A stretch of DNA of 64,000 nucleotides from Octopus sinensis. Its lineage: Eukaryota. Location of the stretch: NCBI RefSeq assembly GCF_006345805.1, contig NC_043000.1, positions 164,114,001 to 164,178,000 on the forward strand. The letters run 5' to 3'. The notes beneath the pieces are model-generated. The model was not told where the DNA came from and ran no database searches. It saw only the letters and a list, made by a program, of their open reading frames with translations. Made by a program: the position numbers and the translations under genes. Position 1 is the stretch's first letter, and every line of letters begins with the position of its first letter. Shown one piece after another: positions 1 to 12,659 of the stretch.

Positions 1-619
1 ATCTCCCAATACAAATCCACAAGTAACATTCTCTGATGATCCGGGTGAACTGAATCAATGTAAAATTAAATGTCCAACACTGAAACATTAAAAGTTCCAG
101 GAGATAAGGGGTCCCATATGCTGGAGATAGTAACCCAATATCCTTTATTCCCTAAAATAAGGAATGCATGTCACTGAAATGCCTTTAATCATTGGATTAT
201 TTGGTATAAAACAACATCAACGACTGCCAACTCAAGGGAGTTGGTTTCATTAACAGCATCACCACCACCACCACCACCACCACCATCATCACCACCACCT
301 CCACCGCCACCAGCATCACCACTACTTCCACCACCACCATCATCATCATTTAATATCTGATTTCCATAGGTTAGCCAGTTTGACTGGAACTGGTAAACTG
401 TAGAACTGCACCAAGTTGGCATGGCCTGTAGAAACCATGCAAAATCAGATTAGAGACTTGGTGCAGTTCTGTAAAAAATATCACCTATGTTACCTTGACC
501 TCTAGTTGATTCATTAGGCTTAAGGAGTCTAATGGGATTAAAATATTGTTCAGCGAACGCCTAAAAGTTCTAGTAAATTAGTTTTCTAAAAGCAGATGAT
601 TTCACTGTGGAGCACTCAC

Positions 620-737
620 CTTGATCAAATGAATTCTTATATAACAATGGTACGGTTTTAGTTGGAATACCACGGATACGGACATCAGTAGATGAAGTGA
701 AAAGAACCTCGTTACGAACAATACTCTGCTCAATGAT
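620..737 (-). CDS. FAS1-domain protein exon 6 (gene continues beyond it, probably past the window edge)
   Basis: CATCCATCAG acceptor, GTGAGT donor, 118 nt (phase 0 to 1). Open frame IIEQSIVRNEVLFTSSTDVRIRGIPTKTVPLLYKNSFDQ. Confidence 0.85.
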
Positions 738-807
738 CTGATGGATGATAGAAGCGAGAAAATTAGCATAAATAAAAACATGAACAAAGGGATAATGGTA
801 ATAATCC

Positions 808-960
808 TTTCTACTATAAGCACAAGGCCTGAAATTTTGTGGGGGGGGTGGCCAGTTATGTCAACCCCAGTGCTCAGTAGGGACTTATTTACCAACCCCA
901 AAAAGATGAAAGACAAAGTTGACCTTGATGGAATTTGGACTCAGAATGTAAAGACAAACA
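808..960 (-). mobile_element. SINE family A fragment (diverged)
   Basis: Diverged reverse complement of the family A core and tail seen at 27620 and 47458. Confidence 0.7.
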
Positions 961-1014
961 AATGCCACTAAGCGCTTTGTCCAGTCTGCTAATAATTCTG
1001 CCAGCTTGCTGTCT

Positions 1015-1310
1015 TCATCATCATCATCATCATTGTATAAAGTCTGCTTTCCATGCTGGCATGGGTTGCACGGTTTGACTGAGGGCTGGTGAGCCAGAAG
1101 GCTGCACCAGGCTCCAATCTGATCTGGCAGAGTTTTGCCAGTTGGATGCCCTTCCTAAATGCCAACTACTCTGAAAGTGTAGTGGGTGCTTTTTACGTGC
1201 CACCGGAATGAGGGCCAGTCAGGCTGTACTGGCATCGACCACACTCAAATGGTGCTTTTTATATGTCACCAGCCTGGGAGCCAGTCAGGCAGCACTGGCA
1301 ACATACCAAA
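1015..1310 (-). mobile_element. RTE-LINE 3' UTR fragment with (GAT)n tail
   Basis: Matches 12660-12900, the 3' UTR attached to the RTE ORF at 13268-14082. Confidence 0.8.
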
Positions 1311-1489
1311 AAACTAAAGGCTAAAGATCCCCTTCAGTCACGACACAGACCATGGGATTGCATCTAGAAGTTACCCTCCAAGTCCTGGACCAGGTTATTT
1401 ATGGGATACCAGCAGTCGCCCATGCATGCCAGCCTCCTCTCTCCATACCAAAGATGCTATTCCAAGTGAAAGGCAAAGGCCAATACACT

Positions 1490-1637
1490 GCAACTCATTT
1501 CTACAACTGAATGAACTGGAGCAATGTGAAATAAAGTGTCTTGCTCAAGAACACAACACGCAGCCCAGTCAGAAAATCAAACTCACAACCTCATGATTGT
1601 GAGCCCAACAGTGTAACCACTAAGCCATGCACCTTCA
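1490..1637 (-). mobile_element. tRNA-derived SINE family D (diverged)
   Basis: Reverse complement resembles 62019-62190 (A/B boxes, ttgagcaagacactttatttcac core). Confidence 0.75.
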
Positions 1638-1767
1638 CTACACACACACACACATATGCATGACAACCAAGTCTCCATGAAGGATTATACTTTACCTAAT
1701 ATGCATTACAATTCAAAACAATTCAGATTAAGCAAGTAGTGCAGAGTTTCATTCTAAAGACAACTAC

Positions 1768-1924
1768 CTTTTTTATGCTTTCTTTGTCGTTCCCCAACTG
1801 TTGAAGTTTCTCACTATCAACTTTCTGCATTGCTTCATCAGACGGTACAAAAAGAGTCATTCTCTTTATGTTACGCAAGTCATCTTCAAGATCAGCGAAC
1901 GCTTTTACCAACTTATAGAATTCA
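1768..1924 (-). CDS. FAS1-domain protein exon 5 (second FAS1 repeat, H1)
   Basis: TTTCTTTAATTGCAG acceptor, GTAGTT donor, 157 nt (phase 2 to 0). Encodes (S)EFYKLVKAFADLEDDLRNIKRMTLFVPSDEAMQKVDSEKLQQLGNDKESIKK. Confidence 0.93.
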
Positions 1925-2439
1925 CTGCAATTAAAGAAATTGAGAGGGAAATTACAATAAATAAGATAGACATTGTTTTATACTCTGTTGTGTCTGGGGA
2001 GAGTCATCTTCTTTTTGTGCCTTATGATGTAACACACCCACCAGTAAAATTTCAACTTATTTCTTATTTTTATTTTCCTAAAATTTTCATTGCGTCTTGC
2101 AACCTTTTTAATAGTCAAGACTCTTGAAAAGGTTGCAAGATGCAACGAAACTTTTCAGAGAATAAAAATAAGAAATAAGTGGAAATATTACCAGTGGGTG
2201 TGCCAAAGGCACAAAAAGAAACTTACTCTCCTCAGACACAACAGAATATACTTCAACACACAAACTCATATAAAGAATCTTGCAAACCAAATCCAAAAGC
2301 GAAACATTGTTTTATAATTTTCAGAAAAATGAAATTGTAAATTATTAGTGGCACTGGAGAGATTCCATGTTTGATAAATTTTCTTATTTTGGTGCGTAAA
2401 TTTATGTATTCTTATAACATTGTTTCACAATCTTTTATC

Positions 2440-2637
2440 TTTTACTTGTGTCAATCATTATGCTGGGGCTATGCTGGGGCACTGCCTTGAGGAATTTTCT
2501 GTCAAATGAATCAACCCCAAGACTTATTTTTCTTTTTAAAACGTAGTACTTATTCTATCAGTGTCTTTTGTCAAACCACTAAGTTACAGGGACATAAACA
2601 CACCAGCACTGGTTTTCAGGCTGGTATGTTTATGTTG

Positions 2638-2686
<49 letters not shown>

Positions 2687-2825
2687 TACAATGGGCTTCT
2701 TTCAATTTCCATCTGCCAAATCCACTCATGGGGCCTTGGTCAGCCCACTGCTATAGTAGACACTTGTCCGAGGTTCAATGCAGCAGGACTGAACCCAGAA
2801 CCATGTGGTTGGGAAGCAAGCTTGA
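2440..2825 (-). mobile_element. SINE family B (CORE/V-like core, internal (CA)n)
   Basis: Reverse complement of the 9985-10445 type (cccaaccacatggttc...ggacaagtgtc). It abuts and truncates the Gypsy integrase. Confidence 0.8.
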
Positions 2826-4990
2826 AGAGAACTGAGGTTGACAGTCTGGAACACCAAAACAGGCAACCCAGTTTGTGATGAAGGTACAGGTGATATCCTG
2901 TGTTTCTGTGCTGCGTAGAGGTGTAGCCTCAAGCCAACAAGTGGTCCACCATGGTTAGCAAGTATGAGCAATATTGTAAAGGCGATAGTGGGCCAATAAA
3001 CGTCAACGTTGATATGGCTGAAACAAGCCTGTTGAGGTTCATAGGTGCCAAGAGATACTTTGGTATGCTCATGGATTTTGGCTTGTTGACAAGGGATACA
3101 GGTTTTGGTTCACTCCCCAATTTGCTTAACCATACCATGCCAGAATAATTTGCAGGACATCAGGCATCATGTGGCTCTGATACCCAGATGGAAAAACTCA
3201 TGAATGACATCAAAAACTTTCCATGGAGGACTGGCTGTGGCTTCCTGGTGCAGTCATTGCAAAGTAAGGTTGTTCTGTTGGAGCTGAAGTGCACATCCTG
3301 CAAGGAAAGGGAGGTGATGGCAGTGTAGTAGGCCCCGATCTCATCATTTGTTCGTTTAACTGCAGCCATAGCCTCATAATCAAGACCTTCTGTTATTAAA
3401 GCTATGTAGATGTCAGAGTAGATAGGGGCTCTGTAAAGTGCATCAGCAATTGGGTTGCTTTTTCCAGTTATGTGTTGAATGATAACTGTCACTGCCTACA
3501 AGCAAACCATGGCTCTGACAGCTGGCCCATGGCGAAGGTGAGTTGTTTATGTTCTATGAATGCTGGGTTGTGTGACCTTCAAGAAAATAAGGTAAGTGGT
3601 GGACACCTAGATGGGCAGCTAGTAGTTCCCTGTCAAAAGTGCTACATTTCTGTTCAGATAGTTGTAGTTGTCAACTGAAGAAGGCTAGAGGTCACCACTG
3701 ACTGTTGATGTATTGTTCCAAAACACCTCCAGTGGTTGTGTTGGAGGCATCGACTGTGAGCACAGTTAATGCTGACATATGAGGATAGGTAAGCATGGTT
3801 GTTTTAGCAAGAGCTTCTTTTGTGGATTTGAAGGCCGAGGTTATTGCACTATCCCACACCACCTGTCTTTTTGAATTTTCTCCTAATGGTGCCTTGTACA
3901 ACAGAATGCAACAATGATAAAAGTTTACCATACCCACAAATTGGTGCAGAGCCTTGCTTGTGGGGCATGGAAAGGACAGGATAGCTTTCACTTTTCCTGG
4001 CAGGAGTGAAGTGCCAACACCTGTGATGTGATGCCCAGGAAGTCAATTTCCTTAAACCAAAGACACACTTGGCATGGTGGACTACCAAATTATATTGTTC
4101 AAGTCTATAAAAAAAGATCACTTGGTGCTTCTTGTGTAGCTCTGCATTTTGCAATAAGGATGTCATCCAGGTATGCAAAGACAAAATGTCATCCAGGTAT
4201 GCAAAGACAAAATGTCATCCAGGTATGCAAAGACAAAATCTAGATCTATGCACACAGTATCCATCAAGTGTTGGAAGAATCGTGCTGCATTTTTCAGGCC
4301 AAAAAGTGTATGTAGAAATTCTTACAGCCCAGAAGGAGTAATCACAGCAGTCTTCGGCACATTGCCATCTTATGCTGGTATTTGGTGGTAATCTCAGATG
4401 AGGTTGACCTTTGAGAAAACTAAGCATCCAGCTAACTGGGTTAAGAAGTCCTGTATATGCAGAGTGGGAATGCAGTTGGGTGTTGTGTTCGTTTGTGTTG
4501 AGATGTTGATAATGCTTGATCAGTGAACCATCATCCCAAACTATCTATATTGTTAAAGTCAACCTTTGCAGTAGCAAGTTCGTCAGGCGGCAGACAATGT
4601 GCATGGCTGTGCACTGGAGGACGAGTAGGATCTCTCTTTCAAAGTGGCATATTTGTGAGTAGCCAGGAGCCAGGTTAGAATGCCGAGCACCCTTGTTGCT
4701 GTGTCCAGTGCTGCTGTTATGTATGAGTACTTCATGAGGTTTGAGGTGATCCTCCTTATGTTGAACTGTGCTTCAACTTGTGTGAACCATACCTAAGCCC
4801 GCTTCAGCCAGAATTGTGGGAGCTTCAGAGTGGTGGTGTTCTCACTTGCCCCGCTTGCATGTTTTCTATTTTAGAGGTCACCACTTATAGCTTTGTTAAG
4901 CTATACATAAAAATAAGAAGAAACAAGTGTTGAAGTATCATTTATTCCACTTCAATCCTCTCCACTGTGAGGGAGAGTACGGTCAGCCAT
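2826..4990 (-). mobile_element. Decayed Ty3/Gypsy LTR retrotransposon (gag-RT-RNaseH-integrase order)
   Basis: PBS-like TGGTGACC near 4876-4883. gag reads LKLPQFW..WFTQVEAQF. RT has FVFAYLDD, RNase H has LTVDASN and IQHITGKSNPIADAL, integrase has FIGPLSP..YSYLLTMVD. Many frameshifts and stops; only a partial LTR is evident. Confidence 0.88.
4161..4238. repeat. Perfect 26-bp tandem triplication covering the RT YLDD codons
   Basis: TGTCATCCAGGTATGCAAAGACAAAA x3 at 4161, 4187 and 4213. Confidence 0.97.
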
Positions 4991-6887
4991 TTAATCCCCC
5001 TGCCCGATCAGAAGTCCCTTCCCTGCAGACCATCTCAATGGCTAGCTGCAGCAATGATCCCTGTCTACAGTTTGTCTGTTATGAGTGCATGGGTAGTACC
5101 CTACACCCTCGTTCAAGAGTTCCATGTTCTTGAGGAGCGTGAAACCACCTTTTAGGCATTATTGTTACCAGGTCTACTCTAACCTGGAGTAGTACCACTT
5201 GTCAAGGCCCCAGCATATTAGGGCTTGCCTACCTATGCATGTGAAGACTGGATCCAGTAAACTCTGTGTCAGAAACTTTCATGGTTCAATAGAGGGGAAG
5301 GCAGCTGCAGCAATGCACTGTGCAATGCAGAGAGCAATACGAGGCAAAAGTAAGACATCTTGATCATCCACTGCATTCTTCTCCATTCCTGTCCATCCCA
5401 ACTTGGTCTGGCCACTGGATTGAAGAAGGTTACAGATGAGACAGTGAGGGTGATGATGAACAACTCTTTTTCCCTTTAACCCTTTCGTTACCAACCTGGC
5501 TGAAACGGGCTCTGGCTCTGAGTACAAATGTCTTGTTTTCCATAAGTTTTGAATTAAAGTCTTCCACCAAACCTTTGTCACAATTTATGTTCCTAACACT
5601 AGCTGAATGATAAAGTTATTTTACTAAATTCTTTGTTATATTCAAAGTAATTGAAAGAAACAGAGAATCTCAAAATAAATACAGTAACAAAAAGGTTAAA
5701 CAAAATCACTACCCAAGTTATCAGTTATTCATAAGGATAACGAGATGGTCCACACAGACAGACAAACATACAGAGATATTCTGATTTCTGAGATGCTTCT
5801 ATCTAGGACTGTAAAGCTTCATTGGCATCTGTTGGATATATGTTAAGAGATCATTTTTCAGGTAGGGAGTAGAAGTATTGGGGTGTTTCTTTCCTTGGAC
5901 TCTAAAACCAAGGTCTTGAAAAGGGAAAACTTGAAGCAATATGAGAAAGAATAAGACCATAAAAGCCAAGACAAAGAAAAAAACATACAATTGGAATACT
6001 TTGCTATCATAGAATCTACTGAACCCTAAAAGTAAACCCTGAAAATTAAAATCAAAGAATGGCTGATTTTCCTGGAAAGTGAAATTATAAAAGAACAAAA
6101 GTATTCAATAATGAGAGTAAAGGTAAATAATGAAGAATCCAGTGGCAGCCAGATAGAAATAAACATCCAATATGAGAAAAGCATTAAAAGAATGAATAAA
6201 CAACACATTAGTACTCATTGTAGGCATTGTTGTGTAGTTAAAAGGTTCATTTTGCAACCATATGGTCTCAGGTTCAATCCCACTGTGTGGCAAAATGTCT
6301 TCTACAACAGTTTTGGGACAACAATTGCTTTGTGAGTGAATGTCATAGACAGAGATTGTGTGGAAACCATAGTGTGTGTGTGTGTGTGTGTGTGGTAGAG
6401 AGAGAAAGAGAGAGAGCACTACTTGACAACTGGTGCTGGTTTGTTTACAACCACAACACCTAGTGGTTCAGCAAAAGGATTGATAGAATAAGTACAAGAC
6501 TTAAGAAAGAAACAAGTACTGGAGTTGATTTGTTCAACTAAATCTTTAAGTTGGAACCTAGCAGAACTGCAACTCAAAGACCAAAACAAGTCAAAAATAA
6601 AAAAAAAAAACGTAAACAAACATGCATTTAGTGAAGTTTCCGTGGCAAAATATTTTTCATAAGGAAGAATTTGTACGATTAATAAGAGATTAATAAGATC
6701 CATTTATTCTTTCTATATAAATAAAAGAAAAAGTGAAAAGAGATTAATAAATCTTTGTATTCATCCAGAGAAACACACGATTTTTTTCTGGACTTCAAAA
6801 CATGTCCAGGGTTGTCACCATGCTTGAAAAAGATCAGTTACCATCCACTACAGAACAACACGCAGTTTCTGTTAATGTAATATTTCA

Positions 6888-7322
6888 GGAAGGCAGCGGG
6901 CTGGCAGAATCGTTTGCACGACGGGCGAAATGCTTAGCGGTATTTCGCCTGTCTTTACGTCCTGAGACCAAATTCCGCCGAGATCGACTTTGCCTTTCAT
7001 CCTTTCGGGGTCGATGAAATAAGTATCGGTTGAGCACTGGGTTCGATATAATCGACTTTATCCGTTTGTCTGTCCTTGTTTGTCCCCTCTGTGAATAGCC
7101 CCTTGTGGGTAGTAAAGAAATAAGAAACACTAGCACGCCGGACGAAATGCTTAGCGCTATTTCGTCTGTCTTTACGTTCTGAGTTCAAATCTGCCGAGGT
7201 CGACTTTGCCTTTCATTCTTTCGGGGTCGATAAATTAAGTACCAGTTGCGTGCTGGGGTCAATCTAATCGACTGGCCTCCTCCCCCAAAACATTTCGGGC
7301 CTTGTGCCTAGGGTAGAAAAGA
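6888..7322 (+). mobile_element. Two tandem SINE family A copies (tRNA-like head, Meta-domain-like core)
   Basis: ggcagaatcgtt.gcacg..gggcgaaatgcttagc...gtcgactttgcctttcatcctttcggggtcgataaattaagtaccag, repeated at 6888 and about 7131, with different tails. Confidence 0.85.
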
Positions 7323-7588
7323 AAAGAATATCATATTTCAGGGCTGTTTCCCCTACCTTTCTAAACTTAACAAAGCTAATGGAACGTTTTCTCCTCAATA
7401 CAAAGGTTTTAATTTTAATTACTTAAGCAATTTCGGCTCACTTCAATAAGTGTGTTAGCACCAACCTAAGTATATTTCTTTTGTATGTCGGAGGCAATTC
7501 TAGGACGAAGTACTCCTCCATTCCCTATCATTCATTCAAAGATAACCATATATGGAAAATAGAGGAAAATAAAACTGTGTATACACAC

Positions 7589-7758
7589 CTGGTTTTAACA
7601 CGGCTATCTTCAGGCCGAGCCAGGTATACAATAGCTTGATTGTTGCTGGTTACTTGCAAAACTGAGTCGATGATATGTATAATTCCATTTATGGCATTGA
7701 GGTTTGACCGTATAATGCGAGCACCATTGATGTAGATTTGTTCAGTGTTATAAGAATT
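7589..7758 (-). CDS. FAS1-domain protein exon 4
   Basis: TTTTCTCTGCAG acceptor, GTGTGT donor, 170 nt (phase 0 to 2). Encodes NSYNTEQIYINGARIIRSNLNAINGIIHIIDSVLQVTSNNQAIVYLARPEDSRVKT. NGIIHIIDSVL is the FAS1 H2 motif. Confidence 0.95.
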
Positions 7759-8759
7759 CTGCAGAGAAAAGATTTATGAAATGAATGAATGAGTATGTGA
7801 GTGGAGAGAAAGTAGAATGGAGAGTCGAAGGGAGAGAAGGATAGACGAAGGGAGAGAAGGATAGAAAGATAGAAGGATAGACGAAGGGAGAGAAGGAGAG
7901 AAAGTAGAATGGATAGACGAAGGGAGAGAAGGATAGAAAGATAGAAGGATAGAATGAGTGGGAGAAAGAAGTTTTGTCCTTTGTCTTTGTAACATACAAG
8001 TGTAAATTAAGTGCCTAGTAAAAGTTATTTGTTGTATTTTACAGCCGAGCAAGCAGAATGGAATGATGAGGGTAAATACAACTGAGTAAAAGAGCAAGCT
8101 CTCAATATACGAAACCTTGACCTAATTCTGATTCCTGATTGAAACCATTCCACACAATTATGGTACAAATAATCCACTACAATGACGATCCTCACATATT
8201 TACACCTTACACTACATAGCATATAATGTAATACATTATATATAGATATAGATAGATACGCAAACATACCTAGTCTTACTAATTAAGCTCAATAAACCAA
8301 TTGAGAGTAAGTGGTCAGGAAGTAAGCCTTATACCTTTTGAGTCTTCCCTGTACCTTCTGAGTCTTCCTTATATTGTTTGGGTCTTTCTTGTATCTTTTG
8401 AGTCTTCCCTATACATGTTGAATTGATCTGGTGCCTTTTAGGCCTTGCCTATACATTTTAAGTCATGCCTATACATTTTGAGTCTTCCCTATACACTGGG
8501 TTTCGTAAAGTATCATTCAAAGCAGCAAGCATGACCGAATGGTTAAGAAGTTTGCTTCACAATTACAAGGCCTTAGGTTACATCACACTGAGCAAAACCC
8601 TGGACAGGGGTCTTCTACCAGAACCTTGGATCAACTCAAACCTTGTGTTAAAATTGAGAAGAAACTGGTCAGAGGTATTTAAGGTATGTAATTTTAGGGG
8701 TTTTGCTTTATTATACAATATCACACTGATTCCGCCTTATTACTGTGTTAATCCTACAA

Positions 8760-8895
8760 TCATCATCATCATCATCGTTTAGCGTCCGCTTTCCATGCTA
8801 GCATGGGTTGGACGGTTCAACTGGGGTCTGGGAAGCCAGAAGGCTGCACCAGGCCCAGTTTGATCTGGCAATGTTTCTATGGCTAGATGCCCTTC
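8760..8895 (-). mobile_element. RTE-LINE 3' end fragment with (GAT)n tail
   Basis: Near-identical to 12660-12805. Confidence 0.85.
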
Positions 8896-9786
8896 AAATG
8901 TTTGTCAAATACTCAGTCACTTTCACCATAATTCAACATGCAAATAAGTCAATTAATCAAACTGCTGGAAAACTGGCACAAGATCCATTATTTTTATTAA
9001 TCACAATAAGTTCTTTGTGAAAGCTGGACAATATTACATGCATAACAGAATATTTACAAGGTTTCTATCCCTAAATCATTAAGTACTGATCAGATGCTCT
9101 CATTAATTTGAGTGTTGAGTGTGATGTGTAATTAATTGTGCTGGTGTATGTTGCATCGTCATTTATTTTGTACATTGCAGAATGTTTATAAGGTTTTAAG
9201 TCCCACAGGAAAACTTTAGGCAGGTTTAGCATAATAAGCTGAGAGTCTCAGAATTGCTTTTAAAATTACTTCTACTTACCGACTTTACAGGATCAACTGA
9301 CCTAAAATTGTAACTTTTTCCTTATTTTGTTTTGAAAAGAAGGTAGAAAATGCCAAGCAAATGTTATTTGTAAGCAGGCCAAGCCCTGATCTAGAACACT
9401 TGCAATCAAAGCTGTGACAATCACTATTTTTTTTTTCAAGCATGGTTTGTGCACAGCTACATTATGCATGGTCTTTTTTCCTTAACAAGACAGCAAAGTG
9501 TGATTTGAGGGAGATTTGGCTGCTATTTCTAGCAGTTTAAGCAATCAAAAAGTCAATGAAATTGCTTAAGTTGCTAGAAATAGCAGCTAAATCTCCTTCA
9601 GATTATAGCTTATTATTTTGGTAATGGAAGAGCATATTGCATAATGTAGTTCTGGATAAAGAATACCAAATGTGATGTTCATAGCTTCAATGCCTTTGAC
9701 CAAAGTTCTGTAAAGATCAGGGCCCTAACCTGCTACTAAATAACAATCAAAAGGAATTGCTAAAAAAAAAAAAAGGTACTACTTAC

Positions 9787-9893
9787 GGTATTTAACCTTG
9801 GTCTTGAAGTAAATAAAAGATTCTGATTTTTGCCATTGCTTGTTAGGATACCATTGTTTATTATATCAGAAGTTTGGATCTTCCTATTGTATA
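9787..9893 (-). CDS. FAS1-domain protein exon 3
   Basis: TTTAATTTACAG acceptor, GTAAGT donor, 107 nt (phase 1 to 0). Encodes (V)YNRKIQTSDIINNGILTSNGKNQNLLFTSRPRLNT. Found by manual reading; it is not in the ORF track. Confidence 0.9.
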
Positions 9894-9984
9894 CTGTAAA
9901 TTAAAAAAAAAAACTGGAGTAATTTTCAGAGTTATTTTTTAAATGAATAGATTTTTCCAAACAAAAAAAAAACTATCAATAGGT

Positions 9985-10445
<461 letters not shown>

Positions 10446-11659
10446 ACGGTAAACGATTTATGCCGTTGGTGGTTTCCTCTTTACAATGGTCAGCAGTGGG
10501 AATAGCGTATCAAGAGTTATTGCCCCTTACACTTTCAACAGTAAAGAAAACGAATGCTTTTGGGGCCTTTTTGCTTTTTCAGTTGTTTCGGGTTTAAGTT
10601 GTGCATTTTTTTTGGTTTTGTTTATAACTGAAAAACTTGGTAATTTAGATGGAATTTTTTCTTCCGAATCCATACATCAAGATTAAGTGAATACAGTTGT
10701 CTAATATCAACCTGGGATTGTTGCTTTGTAATGACTTATTTTACATTTAACAAGTAGCCTGTGAAATAATTGCAGTTGCATGGTTTGGACGGAATCTATT
10801 GAAGCAGATTTTCTAGTCAGATGCTCTTCTTATCACTAATACTCGTTTCCAAGCAAAGTGATGCTTCCTCACCTGACATACTCTCACTGAATATTGGAAA
10901 TGAATGACACAGCTTGTTTGACAGAAACCACCATTTTACTACAGCTATTAAATGATGTCAAAACAAACACGTATACACACAAACACACGTATATATATAT
11001 ATATATGTACATATATACAGGGTGGCGAATACTCGTTATAAATATCACCACCAGTGGCCCAGCATGTATAAAAAGTCAATAGACAACATATTCATATTTC
11101 CAAAATAGAAAATTACCCTTTAACAGGTTATTTTTACATGCTAGAAATAGCAGCCACCACGGCCAAAAACCACAATTTTATAGCAAATTTCGAATTAGAT
11201 GAAAAATAAAAACCTTTACCTTGTTATTTAACAGTTGAAATTTGCTATTAAATTGTGGTTTTTGGCTGTGTTGGCTGCTATTTCTAGCATGTAAAAATTA
11301 CCTGTTAAAGGGTAATTTTCTCTTTTGGAAATATGTATATATGTATGTAGGTATATACACACGTTTATGAATATGTGTTGCAAAACTCCTGATGTGAAAT
11401 CGTGTACTGAAACAGATGTTGTTGTATTTCAGGATGGCCATTTTGTTTTCTTTTGCCAAATATAAGAAATAGAGATAGATGAAAACATTTTTTTTTTAAA
11501 ATTAATAAATCTATATAAAGGGCAGGGAAGTGTCGCTGAAGAGGTTACAGATGTCTGACGAAAGATTTCCAAAACAAATGAAGAACAAATATATAAAGTG
11601 CATGTGTTTATTTGGCAAAAAAAAAGACCATCCCATAATGCAACAATATATATATATGA

Positions 11660-11970
11660 AGGTGCAATGGCCCAGTGGTTAGGGCAGCAGAATCGTGGTT
11701 GTAGGATCACGGTTTCAATTTCCAGAACAGGCATTGTGAGTGTTTATTGAGTGAAAGCACCTAAAGCTCCACGAGGCTCCGGCAGGGGATGGTGGTGATC
11801 CCTGCTGTACTCTTTCGCCACAACTTTCTCTCACTCTTTCTTCTGTTGGCCTGCTCACTTAGCCAGCAGGGTGGCGTCATTTGAAGGCTAAAACAATGAT
11901 ATGCGCTTTGTGACCAGCGATGTGTAGCAACATCTGATAGCCTGGTCAGTCACGGTGATCACGGTGATAT
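11660..11970 (+). mobile_element. tRNA-derived SINE family C
   Basis: A box TGGCCCAGTGG and B box GTTTCAATTTC. Further copies at 36403, 42527 (minus) and 56483. Confidence 0.85.
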
Positions 11971-12659
11971 ATATATATATATATATAGTAAAACTGGAAA
12001 AGCAAACTGTTTGTAAAAGTCACCTAATTTAGAGAAAACAGATATATTGAGTCTCTTACAGCTCTTTCTAGAATAGCCGAACATGTGGATCACCGAATTG
12101 AGTAAGGATTTCAAAGGCTGAGTATACCGTGATCAGAGATGTAAATGTGAGGGAAAGTTTCCAATTGAGGATATTAGTATATTCCAGTTTGTGAAGAAGG
12201 GGGGAAGGACCAGAGTGAAATAGGAATGCATAGGTAATATCCATGATCAAATGAAAACAAGTGACAGGTAATATCCAATAGCAGCTTCAAATGAGAATGT
12301 CCAGTTATAACCTATAGTGAAGAATAATGGAAGTTACCAGTTCCAGTTTTGAACAGAGAATGAATAAGGGTGGAATAGGAATACTATAGTCAGGAGAAAA
12401 GCCAGACAGGTGGATGTAGTAGAGGAGGTGTATATTCTTTTACTCTTTTACTTGTTTCAGGCATTTGACTGTGGCCATGCTGGAGCACCGCCTTTAGTTG
12501 AGCAAATCAACCCTAAGACTTATTCTTTGTAAGCCTAGTACTTATTCTATCGGCTTCTTTTGCCGAGCCGCTAAGTTACGGGGACATAAGCACACCAGCA
12601 TCGGTTGTCAAGTGCTATTGGGGGGACAATCACAGACACACAAACATATACACACACAT

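Noticed and set aside
1-200. Possible FAS1 exon 7 near the window edge
   Set aside because: Candidate acceptors give either a stop or a peptide with no FAS1 H2-like similarity, so it cannot be supported.
189-422. Gly-rich 77-aa ORF
   Set aside because: It is a translation of a (CAC/CAT)n trinucleotide tract.
4161-4238. CRISPR-like direct repeats (also 51136-51510)
   Set aside because: They are contiguous tandem units with no unique spacers, there are no cas genes, and the context is eukaryotic.
5799-6098. Hydrophobic 99-aa ORF with an acceptor-like site in FAS1 intron 4
   Set aside because: It has a stop in the required phase, and exons 4 and 5 join in frame without it.
8045-8071. Plus-strand 27-nt AG...GT micro-exon-like segment
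   Set aside because: It is antisense to the FAS1 gene, no partner exons were found, and such matches are expected by chance.
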